Source: a virus (Duplodnaviria; Heunggongvirae; Uroviricota; Caudoviricetes). From it: a stretch of DNA of 4,350 nt. Positions 1 through 4,218 of the stretch are shown here, piece by piece. The position numbers and the translations under genes were made by a program. The stretch is taken from IMG/VR virus record IMGVR_UViG_2778261594_000008. One strand, written 5' to 3'. A model generated the notes under the pieces. That model was given only the letters and a program-made list of their open reading frames with translations, was not told the DNA's origin and did no database searches. Each line of letters starts with the position of its first letter. Within the stretch, counting starts at the first letter, position 1.

Positions 1-1218
1 ATGAACAAACTGAGCGATACCTTGCTAAGGAAACTTCATGGTAAGCCAGCGGAGAAAAACACGTTTTATAGCGATGGCGGAAATCTGAGCGTGAAATATT
101 TAACATCAGGGAAATTAACCTGGTATTTCACTTACAGGGCAGGAACGGGAAGAGAGACACGACCGGAACGTATTAAGCTGGGAAATTATCCTGATCTGAG
201 CCTGAAAGCAGCCAGGGAAAAAGCCGCCCAGTGTCGCGCATGGCTGGCGGAGGGGAAAAATCCACGCCATGAGATGAATTACGCCGTACAGGAAGCGTTA
301 AAGCCGGTAACGGTTGGCGATGCGCTCACCTACTGGCTTGAGTCGTACGTAAAGGAAAACCGCGTGGATTATATCGCCCTGAAAAGGCGACTTAATAATC
401 ACGTAATACAGTACATTGGCGCTATGCCGCTGGATAAATGCGAGCTACGGCACTGGCTGGCCTGTTTTGACCAGGTGGCAAAGCGAACACCTGTTACTGC
501 CGGATTCGTGCTACAGACATGCAAGCAGGCGCTTAAGTTCTGCCGGAGGCGGCGCTTTGCAATCAGCAACGTTCTCGATGATCTGAACGTGGCGGACGTT
601 GGGAAAAAACCGGATATAAGCGAACGTGTCTTAAGCACCAAAGAACTGGGCGAGTTATTGCAGGCGCTGGATAAAAAAATATTTTCTCCTTACTACGTCG
701 CGTTAATTCGCCTCCTGATTGTCTTCGGATGCCGGACAGTAGAACTGAGGTTATCGGAGATCAGCGAGTGGGATTTTACCGAAATGCTATGGACCGTTCC
801 GAAGGAGCACAGCAAAACGAAGGTTGCAATATTCCGGCCCATACCGGAAGCGATCCTGCCGTTCGTCACGCGGCTGGTGGACCAGAACAGGCACACGGGC
901 TTATTACTGGGGGAAGTGAAACAGGAGGCTAGCGTATCGCAGTACGGCAGATTAGCGCACAGGAGGCTAAAACACCCTCAATGGTCATTGCATGACATCC
1001 GGCGCACCTTTACAACCATGCTGAACGATTTAGGCGTTGATCCTCACGTCGTGGAGCAGCTTACAGGCCACCAGATGCCAGGAATGCAACGCGTGTACAA
1101 CCATTCCCGCTATATTGATGCGAAACGCAATGCGCTTGATATGTGGGTGGAGCGGTTGGAGATACTGGCGGGAACACATGAAAACGTAACCACGCTACCA
1201 GTAACCAGAATAAAATAA
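1..1218 (+). CDS. int: Tyrosine recombinase / site-specific integrase, P4 (IntA-like) family, 405 aa
   Basis: ORF fills 1-1218. N-terminus has the arm-binding pattern typical of P4-type integrases (DGGNLSV...LTWYFTY). C-terminus has catalytic box I R (FGCRTVELR) and box II HDIRRT...H...VYNHSRY with the terminal Tyr. Length fits full-length family members. The ATG is at window position 1, so the promoter and att site are not visible. Confidence 0.92.
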   Translation: MNKLSDTLLRKLHGKPAEKNTFYSDGGNLSVKYLTSGKLTWYFTYRAGTGRETRPERIKLGNYPDLSLKAAREKAAQCRAWLAEGKNPRHEMNYAVQEALKPVTVGDALTYWLESYVKENRVDYIALKRRLNNHVIQYIGAMPLDKCELRHWLACFDQVAKRTPVTAGFVLQTCKQALKFCRRRRFAISNVLDDLNVADVGKKPDISERVLSTKELGELLQALDKKIFSPYYVALIRLLIVFGCRTVELRLSEISEWDFTEMLWTVPKEHSKTKVAIFRPIPEAILPFVTRLVDQNRHTGLLLGEVKQEASVSQYGRLAHRRLKHPQWSLHDIRRTFTTMLNDLGVDPHVVEQLTGHQMPGMQRVYNHSRYIDAKRNALDMWVERLEILAGTHENVTTLPVTRIK

Positions 1219-1236
1219 TTTTTTTCGTGTTTTTTC

Positions 1237-1250
1237 AGTATGCGCATACT
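1237..1250. repeat. Perfect 14-bp palindrome AGTATGCGCATACT just after the int stop, preceded by two T-runs
   Basis: Read directly; reverse complement equals itself. Function unknown (protein binding site or hairpin). Confidence 0.5.
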
Positions 1251-1260
1251 GGATAAGTGC

Positions 1261-1310
1261 ACAGATACAACGTGAAACAATGTGCAACAACGTGACACAA
1301 TCACGAACAA
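1261..1310. repeat. Five tandem imperfect 10-bp direct repeats, each ending ACAA (consensus about CGTGAMACAA), exactly 10 bp apart
   Basis: Blocks acagatACAA / cgtgaaACAA / tgtgcaACAA / cgtgacACAA / tcacgaACAA. Helical-turn phasing suggests cooperative binding on one DNA face (excisionase, integrase or Rep-like). Confidence 0.7.
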
Positions 1311-1401
1311 GAGGCCAAAAAGAATACAGATTTGTAAGCTACTGATTTTTAATGCTCAGCTGGTTTTTTATACATTAGTGAATTACGCGTTAAAGTGTGC
1401 G

Positions 1402-1438
1402 AAAAAAGGCATAAAACAAGATTTTATGCCTTTGTATT
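1402..1438 (+). terminator. Possible intrinsic terminator or bidirectional hairpin between int and the AlpA-family gene
   Basis: Stem GGCATAAAA (1408-1416), loop CAAGA, stem TTTTATGCC (1422-1430), followed by TTTGTATT and preceded by AAAAAA. The stem is AU-rich (3 GC pairs of 9), so strength is doubtful. Confidence 0.3.
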
Positions 1439-1520
1439 AACATGAATTTAAATGATTTTATCCTGATTATTCCTCTTTCTGTAAACCATGCGACACCAAC
1501 ATTTGCCAACTCTGAATCAT

Positions 1521-1560
1521 CCTGACACAATCAGACACATCCCAACGCAATAGAACACGA
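1521..1560. repeat. Second 10-bp-phased array: GACACAA (1524), GACACAT (1534), AACGCAA (1544), AACACGA (1554)
   Basis: Four related 7-mers at exact 10-bp spacing, 35-70 bp upstream of the AlpA-family start. Candidate promoter-proximal binding sites. Confidence 0.6.
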
Positions 1561-1592
1561 AATAACTCTTTAAGAAACGAAAGGGGGCAATA

Positions 1593-1781
1593 GTGTTAAG
1601 CACTGATCGGTTTATACGTGAAAAAGAATGCGAAAAGCTAACAGGCCTTAGCCGCTCATGCCGCTACCGCCTGGAAAAGGCCGGACAATTCCCATCACGT
1701 CGTAAACTTGGTGGGCGTTCTGTTGGCTGGTCTTTATCTGAGGTTTTGGCCTGGAAGGATAGCTGCAAGGCAGTTCACTAA
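1593..1781 (+). CDS. alpA: AlpA / Vis-family helix-turn-helix regulator (excisionase-like), 62 aa, GTG start
   Basis: Protein ...EKLTGLSRSCRYRLEKAGQFPSRRKLGGRSVGWSLSEVLAW matches the AlpA family pattern (TG.SR...Y.L...G.FP....LG.RSVGW...E...W). RBS AAGGGGG at 1581-1587, 5 nt before the GTG. Sits directly downstream of a P4-type integrase, as is typical. Confidence 0.8.
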   Translation: MLSTDRFIREKECEKLTGLSRSCRYRLEKAGQFPSRRKLGGRSVGWSLSEVLAWKDSCKAVH

Positions 1782-1920
1782 AAAGACTGGCGGCACACAG
1801 TCGCCACACATCCACTAATACAGAGATATAACTATGAAGATTGAATATGCGCCCGAACGTGGGCGGGGATTCGTTCGCCCTGGTGAAACTGAAAAACAAC
1901 AAAATTGGGGTTTTTCAGGC

Positions 1921-1950
1921 ATAAAAAAAGCGGCCCCGATATGGAGCCGC
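1921..1950 (-). terminator. Canonical Rho-independent terminator for the leftward operon
   Basis: On the minus strand: GCGGCUCC, loop AUAUC, GGGGCCGC (8-bp stem with one G-U), then UUUUUUU. Lies about 75 nt downstream of the P1 stop. The plus-strand side is followed only by CTTTCT, so it is a weak terminator in that direction. Confidence 0.7.
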
Positions 1951-2024
1951 CTTTCTGAACAATTAACCTGCTGCGCCTTATGTGTATGTGATCCCAAACA
2001 TAAGCACGGGAATGATAGCCGCTA

Positions 2025-2228
2025 TCAGGCTGGTGGGCAATTACCTTGCTTGTTGGGGCCGTATTGTGCTGCCATTTTCATCCGTTCAGAACGTGAATAT
2101 TTTTTTAGAAACTCATCAAGGACAAAAGCGCATGGAGCGAATCTTTCTGATTCATGCTCGAGCGCCATATTTTCGTGCTCTCTGTTCGTTTTTTGCGATG
2201 GTGTATTGGTTGATTCTTTGTTGGTCAT
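2025..2228 (-). CDS. Small hypothetical protein P1 (67 aa), paralog of P2; unknown function
   Basis: ORF with ATG start. Shares with P2 the N-terminal MTN and a C-terminal motif R[FL][AV]P..F.L[DE][DE]F..KY.R. Preceded by the conserved 44-nt element and followed by the terminator. The overlapping plus-strand ORFs look like antisense artefacts. Confidence 0.6.
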   Translation of the reverse strand: MTNKESTNTPSQKTNREHENMALEHESERFAPCAFVLDEFLKKYSRSERMKMAAQYGPNKQGNCPPA

Positions 2229-2236
2229 TGTGTGTA

Positions 2237-2280
2237 CCTGTAAAGCAATGCGCCGGAGTTCCTCACGCCACGGCGCTGAT
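2237..2280 (-). repeat. Copy 1 of the conserved 44-nt intercistronic element (plus strand CCTGTAAAGCAATGCGCCGGAGTTCCTCACGCCACGGCGCTGAT)
   Basis: 41/44 identical to copy 2 at 2922-2965. As minus-strand RNA it has a 6-bp stem GCGCCG/CGGCGC with a 15-nt loop, then UUGCUUUACAGG leading into the P1 start. Confidence 0.85.
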
Positions 2281-2285
2281 GTTTT

Positions 2286-2465
2286 TTATTCTTTGGGTTC
2301 AATACCGCGTTGCTGTAATTCTTTTCGGATTATTCGTTTTATCCAAGCTGCTAAAGAGTCATCACCGTCTTGTTGTTGTGCTTTTTCCATCTTTTCCCGT
2401 AAGTCAGGATCTAAACGGAACTGGAAAGGAGGATTACCACGCCTTTCATTTTTGTGTGTTGACAC
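2286..2465 (-). CDS. Putative ribbon-helix-helix protein RHH-2 (59 aa, GTG start), paralog of RHH-1; may be degenerate
   Basis: Found by manual translation; not in the supplied ORF track. Sequence VSTHKNERRGNPPFQFRLDPDLREKMEKAQQQDGDDSLAAWIKRIIRKELQQRGIEPKE shows an RHH pattern (beta strand FQFRLDP, helix A, loop, helix B). Same length as RHH-1 and offset by exactly 685 bp. The only in-frame ATG (2390) would give a 34-aa fragment. The GTG overlaps the -35 of the opposing promoter. Confidence 0.4.
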   Translation of the reverse strand: MSTHKNERRGNPPFQFRLDPDLREKMEKAQQQDGDDSLAAWIKRIIRKELQQRGIEPKE

Positions 2466-2486
2466 GTCAATTACACTCCATATAAT
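2459..2486 (+). promoter_or_regulatory. Consensus sigma70-like promoter TTGACA-N16-TATAAT, rightward
   Basis: TTGACA at 2459-2464 and TATAAT at 2481-2486, both perfect hexamers with a 16-bp spacer. Homologous in position to the weaker rightward promoter of module 2 (TTGACG 3212-3217). Confidence 0.45.
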
Positions 2487-2494
2487 GTGTTTAT

Positions 2495-2506
2495 GTGTAT
2501 ATACAC
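2495..2506. promoter_or_regulatory. Perfect 12-bp palindrome GTGTATATACAC over the predicted transcription start; candidate operator
   Basis: Self-complementary. Flanked by GTGT (2487-2490) and ACACAC (2510-2515), giving an imperfect palindrome of about 30 bp. Half-site GTGT(A/T) resembles the module-2 operators. Confidence 0.4.
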
Positions 2507-2532
2507 ATTACACACAACTAGCACAAAAAACA

Positions 2533-2566
2533 ACGCCCCGCAGTGATGGGAACACATACGGGGCGT
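2533..2566 (+). other. GC-rich leader hairpin (module 1 copy): stem ACGCCCCG/CGGGGCGT, 18-nt loop, followed by TCTAACCAA
   Basis: Direct inverted repeat. Homologous to the 3281-3313 hairpin, including one compensatory pair change (C-G to A-T). No U-tract, so not a terminator. Confidence 0.5.
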
Positions 2567-2685
2567 CTAACCAAACCATTAATTGAGGTAACGATTATGG
2601 CTATAAAAGAGCATAGCTTACTCTTTATACACACACAAACGCCCCGGAAACGGAATAATCCGTTTCATAGTTCGGTTTTGTGCAC

Positions 2686-2913
2686 TCATCCTGGCGGTCG
2701 GTTTTTGCCGGATTTAAGCCGCCGTGGGTATTTATCGACAAAATCTTCAAGGGCAAATTTTTCTGGTGGCACTAAGCGCGGCGCTGGTGGTGGTATTTTT
2801 GTTCTGGTTAGTTCTTCCTCAAGTCTGGCGCAGGCTTCTGACTGCCTTTGCCGGATGATTTCATCATCTTGCGTTTGCGTGTCTTGTATTGGTGATAGTG
2901 TGTTGTTGGTCAT
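2686..2913 (-). CDS. Small hypothetical protein P2 (75 aa), paralog of P1; unknown function
   Basis: ORF with ATG start. AGGG RBS-like motif 8 nt upstream inside the end of the conserved element. Shares N-terminal MTN and the C-terminal F.LEDF.DKY.RR motif with P1. Confidence 0.65.
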   Translation of the reverse strand: MTNNTLSPIQDTQTQDDEIIRQRQSEACARLEEELTRTKIPPPAPRLVPPEKFALEDFVDKYPRRLKSGKNRPPG

Positions 2914-2921
2914 GATACTGC

Positions 2922-2965
2922 CCTGTAAAGCAATGCGCCGTAGTACCTCACACCACGGCGCTGAT
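2922..2965 (-). repeat. Copy 2 of the conserved 44-nt intercistronic element
   Basis: CCTGTAAAGCAATGCGCCGTAGTACCTCACACCACGGCGCTGAT. Differs from copy 1 at three positions, all in the predicted loop. Confidence 0.85.
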
Positions 2966-2970
2966 AGTGA

Positions 2971-3150
2971 TTATTCTGATTCTTTGGCCTTGCGACGCTG
3001 GCGGTATTCAACTTCCCGCTTTAATGCAGTTGTAACAAACTGCCCTGTACTTTCGCCGGGCATTTTTACCGCCTCAACATTGTTCATAACTTCATGTGGA
3101 ACCCTTGCCGCAACTGTTTGTGATTTTGCGTTTACTGCTTTTGTCGCCAT
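2971..3150 (-). CDS. Ribbon-helix-helix (Arc/MetJ/CopG-like) DNA-binding protein RHH-1, 59 aa
   Basis: MATKAVNAKSQTVAARVPHEVMNNVEAVKMPGESTGQFVTTALKREVEYRQRRKAKESE fits strand / helix A / G-x-S-T loop / helix B. ATG at 3150 has RBS GAGGGG 8 nt upstream. The track start at 3159 (GTG) would overlap that RBS, so the ATG is preferred. Confidence 0.7.
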   Translation of the reverse strand: MATKAVNAKSQTVAARVPHEVMNNVEAVKMPGESTGQFVTTALKREVEYRQRRKAKESE

Positions 3151-3198
3151 GTTGAGCACCCCTCATAAAAAACAAATGCAGTATGCAGGAAAAAAAAC

Positions 3199-3253
3199 AA
3201 GTGTTCAACACTTGACGTGTTTAACACCTCGATTTAAATTGGTGTTCAACACC
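3199..3253. promoter_or_regulatory. Divergent promoter region with three 11-bp palindromic operator-like sites GTGTT(C/T)AACAC
   Basis: Sites at 3201-3211, 3217-3227 and 3242-3252. Rightward promoter candidate TTGACG (3212-3217), 17-bp spacer, TAAATT (3235-3240). Leftward candidate TTGAAC (3208-3203 on minus), 17-bp spacer, CATACT (3185-3180). The operators overlap both. Confidence 0.5.
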
Positions 3254-3283
3254 TTATTTAGGCAAGGTGTAGAAACGACGAAA

Positions 3284-3310
3284 CCCCGCACTGTAGGAGC
3301 AGTAACGGGG
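3284..3310 (+). other. Leader hairpin (module 2 copy) in the 5' UTR of ORF A: CCCCG ... CGGGG with inner ACUG/CAGU stem, followed by TCTAACCAA
   Basis: Inverted repeat read directly; homologous to 2533-2566. Confidence 0.5.
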
Positions 3311-3342
3311 CTTCTAACCAACAACGTAAACGAGGAGCCGTT

Positions 3343-3537
3343 ATGGTTGCCGTAAATCATATACCACACCTTGTACACACACAAACGGCCTTTGTGTGGC
3401 GTTTTCTGGCACTGAGTGCCGGAGAATCTCAAATCATCCACGTAACCGCCTGGACGGAACGCGAAGCGCGTAACCTTTGCCCGTCCGGTTGTGTTGCTGT
3501 ATTTGCCGCCCGTATTCGCCAGGGGGTAGGCTTATGA
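3343..3537 (+). CDS. Small protein A (64 aa), possibly Icd-like (host cell division inhibitor-like) family
   Basis: RBS GAGGAG at 3332-3337, 5 nt before the ATG. Stop overlaps the start of ORF B (ATGA). The motif FVWRFLAL...WTEREAR...FAARIRQ recalls Icd-like small proteins of P4-like prophages; this is from memory and needs an HMM search. Confidence 0.6.
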   Translation: MVAVNHIPHLVHTQTAFVWRFLALSAGESQIIHVTAWTEREARNLCPSGCVAVFAARIRQGVGL

Positions 3538-3767
3538 GCCAGGAAATCACACTACAACAGGCAGCAGAACGCGCCCACCAAATCGAAGTTATTTGCGCAC
3601 TGGCAGAGGATTACCCTGGCATGATGACCGACAGCGAATCAGGGGCAATCATCGGCTTACTTAAACGCCTTAGCGGTGAGGTCTGCGTATTCCTGAGCGA
3701 TGAACAGGAAAGAAGAACGCTTATTTCTAACGAAAAAAAATGCGGAGGGGTACACCATGTGCAATAA
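3534..3767 (+). CDS. Small hypothetical protein B (77 aa), alpha-helical
   Basis: ATG at 3534 overlaps the ORF A stop (translational coupling), with AGGGGG upstream. The track's earlier ATG at 3477 lies inside ORF A and is less likely. Confidence 0.6.
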   Translation: MSQEITLQQAAERAHQIEVICALAEDYPGMMTDSESGAIIGLLKRLSGEVCVFLSDEQERRTLISNEKKCGGVHHVQ

Positions 3768-3993
3768 CATCCGTCCGGACGCAGCCGCCGAAGCCATCAT
3801 AACGCTAATGCATGCGCTGATTGATATTTCTGTTATTGCTGACAGGGCGCATAAGCACGCCACCAGTGAAACAGAATATGCTGGGGCTTTCGTTCCTCAT
3901 TCGCTGGCGGTTATGCAACTTAGTGCGGATATGGCACTGAATGAGGCAGGTAAAATTCTTACCGCAGATATTCAGAGGGTACGCCATGAATAA
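3757..3993 (+). CDS. Small hypothetical protein C (78 aa)
   Basis: ATG at 3757 with strong RBS GGAGGGG at 3744-3750, 6 nt upstream. Overlaps the end of ORF B by 11 nt. The track start at 3700 would overlap B by 68 nt. Confidence 0.55.
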   Translation: MCNNIRPDAAAEAIITLMHALIDISVIADRAHKHATSETEYAGAFVPHSLAVMQLSADMALNEAGKILTADIQRVRHE

Positions 3994-4213
3994 AATCCCT
4001 TTTGAAGTATTAATCCACTCTGAAAACGCATTAATTAAAGCGCGCGAAATGAATGCGTTGTTAATTAAATTAATTGAAGTGCCGGAAGGTGGTAAGGAAT
4101 CAGGTGCCTTAATGTTTGCAGCCATTCAGACATTACTATCGCCTGTTATTGATGAACTGGATAAGGCAATGGCAATTCACGAAAATAATAACGCGCCCCA
4201 CACCGGAGAATAA
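3986..4213 (+). CDS. Small hypothetical protein D (75 aa)
   Basis: ATG at 3986 with RBS AGAGGG 6 nt upstream. Overlaps the ORF C stop by 8 nt. Possibly related to B and C (shared ESGA-type motif between helices). Confidence 0.55.
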   Translation: MNKIPFEVLIHSENALIKAREMNALLIKLIEVPEGGKESGALMFAAIQTLLSPVIDELDKAMAIHENNNAPHTGE

Positions 4214-4218
4214 AAATA

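Noticed and set aside
399-932. ORFs 399-641 (-), 693-896 (-) and 729-932 (+) inside the integrase gene
   Set aside because: Fully embedded in the well-supported integrase CDS. No independent signals.
1110-1310. Minus-strand 66-aa ORF overlapping the int 3' end and repeat array 1
   Set aside because: Overlaps the integrase coding region and the phased repeats. Low-complexity translation, no RBS.
1848-1885. Overlapping inverted repeats (CGAACG/CGTTCG and GGGCG/CGCCC) downstream of the AlpA-family gene
   Set aside because: Short alternative stems with no U-tract. They lie beyond the minus-strand terminator. No function could be assigned.
1648-1997. Minus-strand ORFs 1648-1902 and 1815-1997
   Set aside because: The first overlaps the AlpA-family gene in antisense. 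Both span the intrinsic terminator at 1921-1950, so they are unlikely transcription units.
1982-2485. Plus-strand 167-aa ORF with a hydrophobic, membrane-protein-like translation
   Set aside because: The T-rich plus strand is the complement of A-rich (Lys/Glu/Gln) minus-strand coding, a known source of false hydrophobic ORFs. The same frame in module 2 hits a stop quickly, whereas the minus-strand proteins are conserved between modules.
1834-2586. Plus-strand 250-aa ORF
   Set aside because: Cys/Ser-rich junk-like translation. Crosses the minus-strand terminator, P1, the conserved element and RHH-2. No convincing RBS.
2647-2666. Hairpin GAAACGGA-ATAA-TCCGTTTC downstream of P2 as a terminator
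   Set aside because: Stem is AU-rich and not directly followed by a U-tract on either strand. At most a weak pause site or structure.
2237-2965. CRISPR array or IS terminal inverted repeats as an explanation for the 44-nt repeats
   Set aside because: Only two copies, in direct orientation, 685 bp apart, each between an RHH gene and a paralogous small gene. No transposase. Spacing and content do not fit CRISPR or an IS.
2971-3159. GTG start at 3159 for RHH-1, and upstream ATGs at 3477, 3700 and 3941 for B, C and D
   Set aside because: The 3159 start would overlap the GAGGGG RBS that is well placed for the ATG at 3150. The upstream ATGs for B, C and D lie inside the preceding gene without an RBS, whereas the chosen internal ATGs have SD motifs at 5-8 nt and stop/start overlaps.
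2543-3355. Plus-strand 270-aa ORF
   Set aside because: Runs antisense across P2, element copy 2 and RHH-1. Ser/Cys/Gly-rich, low-complexity translation. Its first codons match the ORF-A-like fragment, but the rest has no counterpart in the other module.
3205-4125. Minus-strand ORFs 3205-3441, 3657-3863 and 3805-4125
   Set aside because: Antisense to the overlapping, RBS-supported rightward operon (A-D). The first also starts inside the operator region.
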